Source: Eledone cirrhosa
Lineage: Eukaryota
NCBI GenBank assembly: GCA_964016885.1
Contig: OZ024743.1
Coordinates: 35,340,001-35,404,000, forward strand
Length of the DNA: 64,000 nucleotides
Reading direction: 5' to 3'
The position numbers and the translations under genes were made by a program. The notes under the pieces were generated by a model. That model was not told the origin of the DNA and ran no database searches. It saw only the letters and a list, made by a program, of their open reading frames with translations. Every line of letters starts with the position of its first letter. The stretch's first letter is position 1. Positions 1 through 12,316 of the stretch are shown here, one piece after another.

Positions 1-660
1 ATGCTATGGTGTGGCCACACTTAGAATTTGCATCACCAGTCTGGAACCCCTATCTTGCTCAGAACTTTGACCACCTGGAAACTGTTCAGAGACGTGCAAC
101 CAGGCGAATACCCTCCATCAGACCGCCTGGAAACTTTTCAGAGACATGAAACCAAGCGAATACACTCCATCAGGCATCTACCATACTCTGAACGCCTTGC
201 TTCCCTGGGCATGGCCACATTGAAGCTCCGACACCTGGCAACTGACTTGGTAAACACCCACAAAATTGTTAACTATCTTGCCAACAACAACCCTGATTAC
301 CTTTTAGATTTCCATGTGTCTAACACACGTGAGCATGCCCACAAAGTCAGAAAACAGCACAGTTCCCATGACTTTCGGAAACATTTTTTTATGCTCAGAG
401 TTGCTGAAGCATGGAACAAACTACCTGCATCAGTTGTTAGCTGTCGAGACACTGCATCCTTTAAAACCTCCATGCTTCCCGAGATTCACCAACACTACAC
501 CTAATGTTCCCCCTCCATACACATACACACATGTATATCATGACTCATACACTATTCACTTCCTTAACATTTGTATATTATTCTATGTACTATACATGCA
601 CCTTTGACGAGTTGTAGTGCACCTGAGCTCTTTACACAATAATTTCATTATTATTATTAT
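1..660 (+). mobile_element. CR1-clade LINE 3' fragment
   Basis: ORF 28..504 has CR1-type ORF2 C-terminal motifs (LPYSERLASLG..L..R, TREH..K..K, RKHFF.LRV..WNKLP..VV). It is followed by a 3' UTR ending in (TTA)n at ~647-660. An internal ~53-bp tandem duplication lies at ~71-176. Confidence 0.8.
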
Positions 661-663
661 TCC

Positions 664-850
664 GAATTGGCAGTATCGGTAGAGGGTTGGACGCCATGCT
701 TTCTAGCATAGTTACGTCCCTTTGCAGCCTGAGTTCAAATCCTGCCGAGGTTAACTTTGCCTTTCATCCTTATGGGGTTGATAAAATAAAGTACCAGTAA
801 TGTACTGAGTAATTGCTGGCCTTGTGCCTAAAGTAGAAACAATTATTATT
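664..850 (+). mobile_element. tRNA-derived SINE (family A; Deu/Nin-like central domain)
   Basis: Box A-like TGGCAGTATCGG, box B GAGTTCAAATCC, central GCCTTTCATCCTTATGGGGTTGATAAAATAAAGTACCAG; near-identical copies at 8162, 38327 and 52890. The domain name is from recollection. Confidence 0.85.
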
Positions 851-1643
851 CCGGGCTCTTTATAAATCAACATATAGAGAGAAGTACACAGAGATATGTA
901 TTAAATCATAGAAGATCAAAAACCACCAGTGACAAACATATTTCCTATGTATGTCAATAGAGCTTCTAAAGTTGAATGGCTCTGAGCTGCTGTTTTTAGC
1001 GGTCTTTTGGTTCATTCATACCTCCATGGGCTATAAAACGCGCATGTCTTTCCTCGAAATAAGGGGCAAAGATGCAACCAGTTGTGTCCCTTGTTTTGAC
1101 CCCAAAAAACATAAGTGACAATAACATTACGAATGAAAACTTAGAAAATTAGACATGAAAAAACTTTTGAAAAGTTGTTTGAAGTGAAACCGGTCAAGTA
1201 CAAAAGTACAAAAACTATTCTTTTTGATGGAATAAATTATTTTTTTCATTGTGTTCTATACACGTGTCATGTATATATAATAAATGAAAACACATTTGAT
1301 GCTTTTTTTCAAAATTTTATTATTATTCCTGTATATTTATAGACACACTTAATAAAGAAAGTTTCATTCACAACCCAGTGGGTTAGAACAATTTCCATAA
1401 TATATTCACATTTACCCAATTTTGTATTTATACAAAGTTACAGTAACACAGACTGAAAACATGATGGCGATGGTTTTGGTTCACAAGCTAAATTACTTTC
1501 ATGTAGACCATTAATAATCACTAATGTATGATGTATCACTGACTAACGGATCATGAAATCAAAGTAAAGTAAAACAATTTTGAATGCCTTTAAATTTAAA
1601 TGCAAACGAAATCTTTATAATTTTTTAATGAATTCCTTTTTAG

Positions 1644-1814
1644 AAGATCAATTAAGCTCACATGTGGGTAGATATGTTGAGGCTATCTCTTCTATTTTGA
1701 CACTTGAACTTACAGAGAGTTATGCCCCCTGGGCAGTCTCAAATAATTTCCAGTGGCATAAACCAGCATGTTGGAGCACCAGGAACAATTATATTACACT
1801 GGTGGGCTTAGATA
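1644..1814 (+). CDS. Probable internal coding exon of an unidentified gene (EDQLSSHVGRYVEAISSILTLELTESYAPWAVSNNFQWHKPACWSTRNNYITLVGLD)
   Basis: Acceptor ttcctttttag|, donor |GTGAGT, a single open frame and complex non-repetitive protein-like sequence. An alternative donor GTGGGC follows 1801. Confidence 0.55.
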
Positions 1815-2850
1815 GTGAGTCATAATGTTTCTTATGTATTTCTATAAGTTGAATCCAATTCAAACCTGTCAAATCTCCCTGTCTGACTGGGAGATTTCCC
1901 ACTCGCTTTGGGGTGGGTGAGAGATGTCTTCTCTTGTGAAAATAGGTATAGTTTACATAATGTAAAATCTCCCCATTTCGCCTAATTTCTCCGTTTTGGG
2001 GTTTTCCAAATTTCTGTTACACATTGCTTTTCTTTCTCCAAAACAATAATGGCCATTTATCAAAACTGATTGATCTGTAAAATGGCCAATACTAATTATC
2101 TGCCAATTAATTGGTGCATTCCCTAGCAATATTGTTGAAATTCATAATTAAAGTCACTACCTCCTATCACTTTTTTCATACATACTTACATGATGGCTGC
2201 AACTCGATTTTAAGTAATGCCATTGCTTGATACTAAACCATGAGCATCACGGACGTGACTTTTTAGACCTGCTAGGGACTTGCCTATTGCCAGCAATACC
2301 ATGCGTGACAAAAAATGTCACATATCAAGCGATACCTGTGCTTGAAGCTTTTTTAAATGAGGAAAAACTTTGCACGTGGCTAATCCCACTCTCTGAACAG
2401 CGAATGCATTTACCCAAAAAAGAAGGACTGGTTTACATCATTGATGCAAACAAAGTCACAGGTTTTATATCAGAGTGACCTTCTCTTAGATAGATGTCTT
2501 AACGAAGACTAGGAGTCTCTCGCAACACACACACATATATATATATATGTGTGTGTGTGCGTGCGTGCGTGTGTGTGTGTGTGTACATACATACATACAT
2601 GCCTGCATCTTTAAAGGCAAAATCCATTCTCACCTGTATTCTTTTTTTTTACCAAAGATGCCTTTTGTTTTGTTTTTTAAAGTTTAAATAGCTCTAGAGT
2701 GAGTATTTATGCTTTGATTTGTTCCAACTCATGAGCTGTGGCCATGCTGGGGCACTGCCAATCGCCTACTAATTGCATGGATAATCTCAAAATGTTTCTA
2801 CTCACTGTATTACATATATGATACCCTATCATATGTGGATTTAGCCATAT

Positions 2851-5800
2851 TGTGTGTGAGTGTGTGTAAGTGTGTGTATGTGCTATGTAAGTGTGTATGT
2901 GCTCTGTAAGCGTATGTATGTGTTCTGTAAGTGTGTATGTATGTATTCTGTAAGTGTGTATGTGCTCTGTAAGTGTGTATGTGCTCTGTAAGTGTGTATG
3001 TGCTCTGTAAGTGTGTATGTATGTGCTCTGTAAGTGTGTCTGTGTTCTATAAGTGTGTATGTGCTCTGTAAGTGTGTATGTATGTGCTCTGTAAGTGTGT
3101 GTATGTGCTCAATAAGTGTGTGTATGTGTTCTGTAAGTGTGTATGTGCTCTGTAAGTGCGTATCTGCTCTGTAAGTGTGTGTATGTGTTCTGTGTGTATG
3201 TATGTGTTCTGTAAGTGTGTATGTGCTCTGTAAGTGTGTGTATGTGCTCTGTAAGTGTGTGTGTATTCTGTAAGTGTGTGTATGTGCTCTGTAAGTGTGT
3301 GTATGTGCTCTGTAAGTGTGTGTGTATGTATTCTGTAAGTGTGTATGTGCCCTGTAAGTGTGTATGTGTTCTGTAAGTGTGTATATGCTCTGTAAGTGTG
3401 TATGCGCTCTGTAAGTGTGTATATGCTCTGTAAGTGTGTATGTGCTCTGTAAGTCTGTATGTGTTCTGTAATTGTGTATGTATGTGTTCTGTAAGTGTGT
3501 ATGTGTTCTGTAAGTGTGTATGTGTTCTGTAAGTGTGTATGTGTTCTGTAAGTGTGTATATGCTCTGTAAGTGTGTATGTGCTCTGTAAGTGTGTATGTG
3601 TTCTGTAAGTGTGTATGTGCTCTGTAAGTCTGTATGTGTTCTGTAATTGTGTATGTATGTGTTCTGTAAGTGTGTATGTGTTCTGTAAGTGTGTATGTGC
3701 TCTGTAACTGTGTATGTATGTGTTCTGTAAGTGTGTATGTATGTGTGTATGTGTTCTGTAAGTGTGTATGTGCTTTGTAAGTGTGTATGTGCTCTGTAAG
3801 TGTGTGTATGTGTTCTGTAAGTGTGTGTGTATGTGCTCTGTAAGTGTGTATGTGCTCTGTAAGTGTGTGTGTGTGTGTTCTGTAAGTGTGTATTGACTCT
3901 GTGAGTGTGTGTGTACTCTGTAAGTGTGTATGTGTTTTGTAAGTGTGTATGTGTTCTGTAAGTGTGTGTGTATGTGCTCTGTAAGTGTGTGTATGTGTTC
4001 TGTAATTGTGTATGTATGTGTTCTGTAAGTGTGTATGTATGTGTTCTGTAAGTGTGTATGTGCTCTGTAAGTGTGTATGTGCTCTGTAAGTGTGTATGTG
4101 CTCTGTAAGTGTGTGTATGTGTTCTGTAAGTGTGTATGTGCTCTGTAAGTGTGTGTGTACTCTGTAAGTGTGTATGTGTTCTGTAAGTGTGTATGTGCTC
4201 TGTAAGTGTGTATGTGCTCTGTAAGTGTGTATGTGTTCTGTAAGTGTGTATGTGCTCTGTAAGTGTGCATGTATGTGCTCTGTAAGTGTGTGTGTGTTCT
4301 GTAAGTGTGTATGTATGTGCACTGTAAGTGTGTGTATGTACTCTCTATGTGCGTATGTGCTCTGTAAGTGTGTGTATGTGCTCTGTAAGTGTGTATGTGC
4401 TCTTTAAGTGTGTGTATGTGTTATGTAAGTGTGTATATATGTGTTCTGTAAGTGTGTATGTGTTCTGTAAGTGTGTATGTGCTCTGTAAGTATGTGTATG
4501 TGTTCTGTAAGTGTGTGTATATGTGTTCTGTAAGTGTGTATGTGCTCTGTAAGTGTGTATGTGCTCTGTAAGTGTGTGTATGTGCTCTGTAAATGTGTGT
4601 GTATGTGTTCTGTAAGTGTATATGTGCTCTGTAAGTGTGTGTGTGTTCTCTAAGTGTGTATGTGTCCTGTAAGTGTGTATGTGCTCTGTATGTGTGTGTT
4701 CTATAAGTGTGTGTGTGTTCTGTAAGTGTGTATGTGCTCTGTAAGTGTGTATGTATGTACTCTGTAGTGTGTGTATGTGCTCTCTAAGTGTGTATGTGCT
4801 CTGTAAGTGTGTGCATGCGCTCTGTAAGTGTGTGTGTTCTCTAAGTGTGTATGTGTTCTGTAAGTGTGTGTGTATGTGCTCTGTAAGTGTGCATGTGCTC
4901 TGTAAGTCTGTATGTGCACTGTAAGTGTGTATGTGCTCTGTAAGTGTATGTGTTCTGTAAATGTGTGTATGTGCTCTGTAAGTGTGTGTATGTGTTCTGT
5001 AAGTATGTGTGTATGTGTTCTGTAAGTGTGTATGTGCTCTGTAAGTGTGTATGTGCTCTGTAAGTGTGTATGTGCACTGTAAGTGTGTATGTGCTCTGTA
5101 AGTGCGTATGTGTTCTGTAAATGTGTGTATGTGCTCTGTAAGTGTGTGTATGTGTTCTGTAAGTATGTGTTCTGTAAGTGTGTATGTGCTCTGTAAGTGT
5201 GTATGTGCTCTGTAAGTGTGTGTGTTCTCTAAGTGTGTATGTGTTCTGTAAGTGTGTATGTGCTCTGTAAGTGTGTATGTGTTCTGTAAGTGTCTATTTG
5301 CTCTGTAAATGTGTATGGGTTCTGTAAGTGTGTGTATGTGCTCTCTAAGTGTGTATGTGCTCTGTAAGTCTGTATGTGCTCTGTAAGTGTATGTATGTGT
5401 TCTGTAAGTGTGTATGTATGTGTTCTGTAAGTGTGTATGTGCTCGTATGTGTGTATGTGCTCTGTAAGTGTGTGTATGTGTTCTGTAAGTGTGTGTGTAT
5501 GTGTTCTGTAAGTGTGTATGTGCTCTGTAAGTGTGTGTATGTGTTCTGTAAGTGTGTGTGTATGTGTTCTGTAAGTGTGTATGTGCTCTGTATGTACGTG
5601 TTCTGTAAGTGTGTATGTGCTCTGTAAGTGTGTGTATGTGTTCTGTAAGTGTGTGTGTGTATGTGTGCTGTAAGTGTGTATGTGCTCTGTGTGTATGTGT
5701 TCTGTAAGTGTGTATGTGCTCTGTAAGTGTGTATATGCTCTGTAAGTGTGTGTATGTGCTCTGTAAGTGTGTATGTATGTGCTCTCTAAGTGTGTGTGTG

Positions 5801-6952
5801 TTCTCTTTTACCTCTTTTACCTGTTTCAGCCATCCGGCTGAGGCCATGCTGGGGCACCGCCAAGTCTGTGTGTGCTTTGTAAGTGTGTGTATGTGTTATG
5901 TAAGTGTGTGCGTATGTGTTCTGTAAGTGTGTATGTGCTCTGTAAGTGTGTATGTGCTCTGTAAGTTTGTGTATGTGTTCTGTAAGTGTGTGTATGTGTT
6001 CTGTAAGTGTGTATGTGTTCTGTAAGTGTGTATGTGCTCTGTATGTGTGAATGTGTTCTGTAAGTGTGTATGTGCTCTGTAAGTATGTGCTCTGTGTGTT
6101 CTGTAAGTGTATGTATGTGCTCTGTAAGTGTATGTATGTGCTCTGTAAGTGTGTATGTGCTCTGTAAGTGTGTGTATGTGCTCTGTAAGTGTGTATGTAT
6201 GTGCTCTGTAAGTGTGTCTGTGTTCTGTAAGTATGTATGTGCTCTGTAAGTGTGTATGTATGTGCTCTGTAAGTGTGTGTATGTGCTCTGTAAGTGTGTG
6301 TATGTGCTCTGTAAGTGTGTATGTATGTGCTCTGTAAGTGTGTCTGTGTTCTGTAAGTGTGTATGTGCTCTGTAAGTGTGTATGTATGTGCTCTGTAAGT
6401 GTGTGTATGTGCTCTGTAAGTGCATGTATGTGCTCTGTAAGTGTGTATGTATGTGCTCTGTAAGTGTGTCTGTGTTCTGTAAGTGTGTATGTATGTGCTC
6501 TGTAAGTGTGTGTATGTGCTCTGTAAGTGTGTGTATGTGCTCTGTAAGTGTGTATGTGCTCTGTAAGTGTGTGTATGTGCTCTGTAAGTGTGTATGTGGT
6601 CTGTAAGTGTGTATGTGCTCTGTAAGTGTGAATGTGCTCTGTAAGTGTGTATGTGCTCTGTAAGTGTGAATGTGCTCTGTAAGTGTGTATGTGCTCTGTA
6701 AGTGTGTATGTGCTCTGTAAGTGTGAATGTGCTCTGTAAGTGTGTATGTGCTCTGTAAGTGTGTATGTGCTCTGTAAGTGTGAATGTGCTCTGTAAGTGT
6801 GTATATGGTCTGTAAGTGTGTATGTGCTCTGTAAGTGTGAATATGCTCTGTAAGTGTGTATGTGCTCTGTAAGTGTGTGTATGTGCTCTGTAAGTGTGTA
6901 TGTGCTCTGTAAGTGTGAATGTGCTCTGTAAGTGTGTATGTGGTCTGTGTGT
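2851..6952. repeat. 19-bp-core minisatellite (CTGTAAGTGTGTATGTG[C/T]T)n with 2-nt length variants, about 200 units
   Basis: Directly visible. The TLTEHIHTYRAHTHLQSTY peptide period (19 aa = 3 x 19 nt) explains all ORFs here. Confidence 0.97.
5801..5861 (-). mobile_element. SINE 3' tail fragment inserted in the minisatellite
   Basis: Reverse complement GGCGGTGCCCCAGCATGGCC...GCTGAAACAGGTAAAAGAGGTAAAAGAG; a related sequence lies at ~2720-2760. Confidence 0.6.
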
Positions 6953-7346
6953 AGATATGGCTGTATTGTTCAGGTTGGAGTAAACTATTGACTATAGGAT
7001 TAGTTATATTATGACCTGTAGGCAACATTAACAAAAATATTTACTCTAAACCTTAAACAGTCTCCTGTTAAGTCATTCTTATCTGTTTTGTGTTAAAATT
7101 TAGGTCAAAGTTAACAAAACACATTATAAACCATATGTGAAGCCTTTGGTGTTTATTTACTTTTTTGTTTTGTTAATGGTGGAAATGACCAAGATAATAA
7201 TAGACTGCTGAAATAAATTCATTTTTAGAGTATTTAGATTCAGGTATCTTAATTCTGATGTCAAGTTTTCTTTTCAATATTCCAAGGTTGAAAAAATAAA
7301 AACCAGTCATATTATAGGGCCCCAATTCAATTGATTGTTTCTCACA

Positions 7347-7760
7347 AGGCATGTGGCTGAGTGGTTAGAGAATTGGAATCACAATCTTGAGGTTGTGAGT
7401 TCGATTCCTGGACCGAGCAATGCGTTATGTCCTTGAGCAAGACACTTTATTTAACGTTGCTCCTTCTACCTGGAGTTGCGACCGATAGATAGTACTAGCA
7501 ACTGGAAAGACCAATAGAAACATTGTTTCTTCGGTCCGATTTGATGAAAGTCGATTGATCCTTTACTTCTCACAACAAATTTGAGGACTTGTATCCATTT
7601 CAGAAATCTGGTTGTCATGCATTTCCAGTTTAGAATAAGTACACTGTAATCCTGCATGTCATAAAAGGGGACTAAAAGGGTTGATGCGACAGTGGACACC
7701 CAGCCATAAAATGTTGCCTCAAAAATGAACCCCATGATGAGTTTGGGGCTTGACATAAGG
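7347..7760 (+). mobile_element. tRNA-derived SINE (family B)
   Basis: Head TGGCTGAGTGG...GAGTTCGATTCC followed by CCTTGAGCAAGACACTTTATTT; the same head and domain occur at 10036 and (minus) ~42050-42143. The 3' end is approximate. Confidence 0.7.
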
Positions 7761-8161
7761 CCTGCAAAGTTAACTTCTGCTTTAATAGCAAAGATGGTAT
7801 CTTTTCAGTTCTTTGCAATTTAAATTCAAATCCCTTTGAGGTCAACTTTGTCTTTTATCTTTTTGGAATTGATAAAGCACCAGTCCAGATAAGTAGATTG
7901 GCTGAATTATTAGAGTATCAGATAGAATGTCTTTCAGCTGAGGGCTTTCTGTGTTCAAACCCCACCTCCTGACACTGGAAATTAGTTTCATAATAGGGTC
8001 CATATCATAAACATATCCGAAACACTTCATAGAGGACCAGCTAAATCTGCAAGGTGTGATTCAGAACATCCTCTACAATAGGGAAGCATGAGCATCATTT
8101 GGTTGCCATACAACTTCCCATTTCTCCCCAACAAAACATAATCAGCCCTTTCAATTACACA

Positions 8162-8335
8162 AGGGCGGTGGATTGGCAGTATCGGTAGAGGGTCAGACGC
8201 CATGCTTTGCAGCAAAGAGTTACGGCCCTTTATGGTCTGAGTTCAAATCCCGCCAAGGTTAACTTTGTCTTTCATCCTTACGAGGTCGATAAAATAAAGT
8301 ACCAGTAATGCACTGGGTAATTGCTGACCTTGTTA
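8162..8335 (+). mobile_element. SINE family A copy
   Basis: Aligns by eye with 38327-38514. Confidence 0.85.
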
Positions 8336-8449
8336 GGCATGCTGTCCCTTAAATCTTGGATAAAGGACTATCAATTGTATATATATATATTCAGTAGACA
8401 GCATTCAATGTCATATTACTTCTTCAAAATAAAGATGACGGAGTATGTT

Positions 8450-8698
8450 TATAAAGAGGAAAATGTGAAGTTGTAGATGTTAGAGAGTTTTTTTTATTAA
8501 TTAAGCCGTTATACATATTTCCATGACAATAGCAGGGAGCAGACAACCAAAGCAAAAGCATAATTGCCTCGGAAATGTTACCTTTTACTCAATTTTTCTG
8601 TCTGAAGAAATCACGATATCTATCGTCAGGGAAATATGTATAATGGCTCAATTAATAAAAGTCTCTCTAACAGCTACAACTTCACATTTTCCTCTTAT
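8450..8698. mobile_element. MITE-like inverted repeat (~80-bp arms)
   Basis: AAGAGGAAAATGTGAAGTTGTAG...TATACATATTTCC pairs with GGAAATATGTATA...CTACAACTTCACATTTTCCTCTT. Confidence 0.75.
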
Positions 8699-8710
8699 AT
8701 ATATATATAT

Positions 8711-9419
8711 ATCATCATCATCATCATCATCAACGTTTAACGTCCGTGTTCCACGCTTGCATGGGTTTGGACGGGGGTAGTCCCACTTGAGGCAAGAGTG
8801 ATTGTCTTGCTCGCATAGGACTATCTGGCAGGTTTTCTACAGTTGGATGCCCTTCCTAACACCAACCACATTTACAGTGTGGGTCTGGGAGGTTTTTACC
8901 GTGTTGCCTACACGGCCACATTACAGCGTGGACTGTGTGTTTTTTTGTCGTGACACCTACACGATCTCATTTGTTTCGGCCTGGATGGCGCGGCACCAAC
9001 ATAACTTTACATAGAACGGGGTGGTGTGGGGGTGGTGGTGGTGGGACGGGGTGTATTTTGTTAGAGATGCCTACTGGCTGTAGTAGGTTTTACTATGTAT
9101 TTAGGTAAGGCGGGTCTTCTCTGTTACTGAGTACCGCCAAAGGTCTCGGTCCAGTGACATTGTCTTGGAGAGGTGTGAGTGTGTGAGGTCGGAGTTTATC
9201 AGCTCGTCCCAGGTTTTTCTAGGTCTGCCTATTCCGTGGCTACCGTCTATCTTTATTGCCCTGCACTTTCTTATACAGCTATCGACTTTCATGCGCATCA
9301 CGTGTCCATACCAACGTAGCCTTCTCTCGAGTAAACAACATCTGATCCCTCTTATTTCTAATTTTTTCCTTAGTTCGTTTATGCTTTGCCGTTCACGTAT
9401 ATTACTATTACACATCCAG
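8711..9419 (-). mobile_element. 5'-truncated RTE LINE 3' end, young copy of the 42.6-45.0 kb element
   Basis: Near-identical reverse complement of ~44266-44982 including 3' UTR and (GAT)n tail; encodes WMCNSNIRERQSINELRKK...RLRWYGHVMR...GRPRKTW. Confidence 0.93.
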
Positions 9420-9982
9420 TCCGGCAAGCTGGGAGGCCAGATGTCAGGTGAAGTGTAGTCGACGAAGTTCTCTGACAGCCAGGCTTGGATCTTTCGGCTG
9501 GTATGGCAGGGCGCTGAGACTTGCTGCCACACGTACGGCCTACATGCAGCTACCTGGTCGATCCAGGGCTTTACTACCTCGCTCAGAACGCGGATGTAGC
9601 CATCGGTGTTCAGCTTGAGGCCCTCAGGTAAGAAGCGAGGTGGCATGACGTCACCTTGACTGCGACGACACCTAAGACCAATGTTGTCGCTGGAAACTTT
9701 GTCTGCATGACTCTGGGCACGTCTTTGGATGAGACAGCGAGCCACCTGTTGTTCTGGGAGTTGATTTTCTGGTCTTATTTGTCCTCCTGGCGTGGATTAT
9801 AAGAAGAACTCTGTCTCTTCCACAAATTTGGAGGTTCAAAATTATTCATAATCAATTATTCTGAAAATAAATAATGGAAATATAATCACTGTTTTTATGA
9901 AGACAAGAGTGACAACGGAAGTAAAAATAATTTGCATAAAATTAGCAGTTGAAAATTGCGAACAAATATCGTCCGCACCCTG
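9417..9982 (-). mobile_element. Internally deleted Tc1/mariner transposon fragment (maT/DD37D-like)
   Basis: TA followed by CAGGGTG... left end at 9982; transposase remnant GDVMPP...VVKPWI...YVWQQ.SAPCH...WPPS.PD, truncated by the RTE copy. Confidence 0.8.
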
Positions 9983-10035
9983 TATGTGTATATATTTATT
10001 TAGATATATATACACATACAGGCATATATACACAT

Positions 10036-10185
10036 GGAGGCACATGGCTTAGTGGTTAGAGCATTGGCCTTGCAATTGAAAGGTTGTGAGTTCAATTCTC
10101 TGACCGGGTGATGATGTGTTGTTTCCTTGAGCAAGACACTTTATTTCACATTGCTACAGTTTACTCAGCTCTAGAAATGAGATGA
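10036..10185 (+). mobile_element. SINE family B head
   Basis: GGAGGCACATGGCTTAGTGGTTAGAGC...GAGTTCAATTCT...CCTTGAGCAAGACACTTTATTTC. Confidence 0.75.
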
Positions 10186-10199
10186 TAGGGAGTGGAGTC

Positions 10200-10380
10200 C
10201 CTATCATTCCACTGCAAAGTGGTCGTGTAGGTGCCACGGAAAAAAAGCACCCAGCACTCACTGTAAATGAGGTTGGTGTTAGGAAGGGCATCCAGCTGTA
10301 GAAATGATGCCAGAATCAGTTCCCATCCCACTCTTGCAAGCAGGGAAAAGCGGACGTAAAATGATGATGATGATGATGAT
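10200..10380 (+). mobile_element. RTE-type 3' UTR/tail fragment
   Basis: GGTTGGTGTTAGGAAGGGCATCCAGCTGTAGAAA...GGACGTAAAA(TGA)n, shared with the RTE 3' ends in this window. Confidence 0.75.
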
Positions 10381-10759
10381 ATATATATGTATATACACAT
10401 ACTATCATTTCGGACACACTTTTCCTCAACGACATCTTGATTTTCTGTACCTCTTTTAGAAATAATTATTAGAAAAGAGCAGAGGATGACAGAATCTGTA
10501 TAATATCAGACAAAATACTGCCCTGCAGTATTTTATGCCAGCTGACTTTTCCTTTCATTACTCAGAGGGTGAAAGATTAAGTACAACAACCATGTTGCTT
10601 TGGTTCAATCTTATTGAGGCTCCTTGAACAAGTATATTCTATCATAGAATCAGGGTTGACCAGTATCTTATGAGTGGAATTTAGTAGATGGAAACTGTAA
10701 GGAAGCCTACCATATGTGCATATATATATATCATCATATATATATATATATATCCCCAA

Positions 10760-11062
10760 AAGACAGAAAGTGACACAGTGGCAGAATGATAGGGTAGATA
10801 GAGCCATAAAAGCAAAAAAAAAACAGGCCTGGAAAGACTGGAAGAAAGGAGGATGTAGAGAGAAATACCAAGAGAAGCTAGACACCAGGTTTACCTAGCA
10901 AGGGAAGAAGCAAAAAAACAAGAAGTTTGCACATGTTCTACAATGTGAGGATCAAAGTTGGGAAGTATTTTGGATTGCAAGACAGTATGCTTGAGAAAAT
11001 TGAGATGTTGTTAGGGGAAGAGGTGTCTGAGCAATTGCTGTTTGATGCCAAAAAGAGCATTG
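10760..11062 (+). pseudogene. Degenerate RTE ORF fragment
   Basis: VDRAIKAKKKQAWKDWKKGG matches VDEAVKAKRQAWKEWKNGG of the 50575..52392 ORF; downstream sequence resembles 42640-42830. Confidence 0.7.
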
Positions 11063-11084
11063 GATTTTTGTAGTATTTTTCCAG

Positions 11085-11223
11085 CTCTTTGCTTCCTAAG
11101 TTGTGTGATGGACTTAATTCATTTCCTGATTTAACATCACCACTAGGAGCTTGGCTGCATGTAGTAGAGCTTATTTTGGTGTATGCATTCAGGTCAGGTC
11201 TCAAAGAATCTGATAAAATAAAG
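11085..11223 (+). CDS. Possible coding exon of the unidentified plus-strand gene (SLLPKLCDGLNSFPDLTSPLGAWLHVVELILVYAFRSGLKESDKIK)
   Basis: Acceptor tatttttccag| (alternative tag| at 11073), open frame, donor AAG|GTTTAT in phase 0, matching the next exon. Phase with the 1644 exon is unresolved. Confidence 0.4.
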
Positions 11224-11725
11224 GTTTATGGGCACTGCCTTTCCCTTCCAGAGCAAACAGCATAAAACAAAATTGAAATAAGACAGACAAAACAAGGGAG
11301 TTTATGCTTTGTTGCTTGACCTGCTAGAAATAACAGTAAAATTTCCTCTAATCGCATCATACTATTTTAGAAAAGGATATGTTGGATAATGTGCTCTTAG
11401 GTTCCCATCATATAGGTTGGCCTGAGGCTAAACAACAACAGATAAAACATACTAATTTTATATAAGGAAAGTATTAATCAACAAGATCCATTTGCATACC
11501 GAGTGGGGTGGAGCTCATCATATTGGACCAAGGAAGCAATGTTTCCATTGCTGATACTATCTACTAGACACAACTCCTGGCATAAGGAACGTGAAATAAA
11601 GACATAACACATTGCCTGGTCTGAGAATCAAACTCGAAACCTCATGATAGCAAAGCCAATTCTCTAACCACTAATCCACATACTTTCAAATTTATATAGA
11701 TAATACATATAAATGAAAAAAACTC

Positions 11726-11932
11726 GTTGTTAGAACAGCTAAATGCTTTCAAAGACAACGATGAGCAAAAATGCCTCAGAGGTCAGAGACCAGTGGTCAA
11801 CAGAGACAATCCACTGTCACTCACCTTGTGAATTGTCTCTCTATTGACCACTGGCCACTGGTCTCTGAGGCATTTTCCCCCCCAATGCTATCTTTGACAG
11901 CATTTAGTTGTTTTAATGTCTGTTCTAGCGAC
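11726..11932. mobile_element. MITE-like imperfect palindrome
   Basis: AAAATGCCTCAGAG...CCAGTGGTCAACAGAGACAAT pairs with ATTGTCTCTCTATTGACCACTGG...CTCTGAGGCATTTT; outer arms CTAAATGCT / AGCATTTAG. Confidence 0.65.
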
Positions 11933-12226
11933 AAGTTTTCTAATTTTTATATGTATTCAAATACACTCTTGCTGCATCTCAATCAGAGATAACATTGTTT
12001 TACTTATATACATAATGTTTTTTTTACAAGAAATACAAGTAAATTATGTAGATTTCAGGTGTTTTTTTAATATTTTATTTTACCAAAAAAAAAAAGTAAA
12101 TTATGTAGTTTTAAAATTTTTGTACTTTTTATATTTTATTTTACAAAACAGTTAAGTTTCTCTTACTGTTAACATGGTTGGTTGAGGTATTTGATACTCA
12201 TTTGCAATATCTTCTCCATATTCCAG

Positions 12227-12316
12227 CAGATCAAAACAAAAACAAAACTCTACGAGGCCCTCATCAAACTGAATTTAATGGGGGACTTGTATAGAATTAA
12301 CAAATGTCAATGTTAG
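12227..12316 (+). CDS. Possible terminal coding exon (QIKTKTKLYEALIKLNLMGDLYRINKCQC*)
   Basis: Polypyrimidine tract tcttctccatattccag|cag (NAGNAG); phase-0 frame open to TAG at 12314-12316; AT-rich UTR-like sequence follows. Confidence 0.4.
   Translation, partial: QIKTKTKLYEALIKLNLMGDLYRINKCQC

Noticed and set aside
2227-2478. Additional exon of the plus-strand gene
   Set aside because: A phase-compatible acceptor exists near 2267 but there is no good donor, and the 3' part looks repeat-derived; insufficient support.
2883-7034. 400-500 aa His/Thr-rich ORFs
   Set aside because: They are open in multiple frames simply because the 19-bp repeat lacks stops on the minus strand.
7347-7420. tRNA genes (also 10036, 38327)
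   Set aside because: These are SINE heads: A/B boxes followed by SINE body, with no full cloverleaf.
9101-9745. 214-aa ORF as a functional gene
   Set aside because: Chance fusion of a decayed transposase (catalytic Asp mutated, QQVSAP) and an RTE 3' end.
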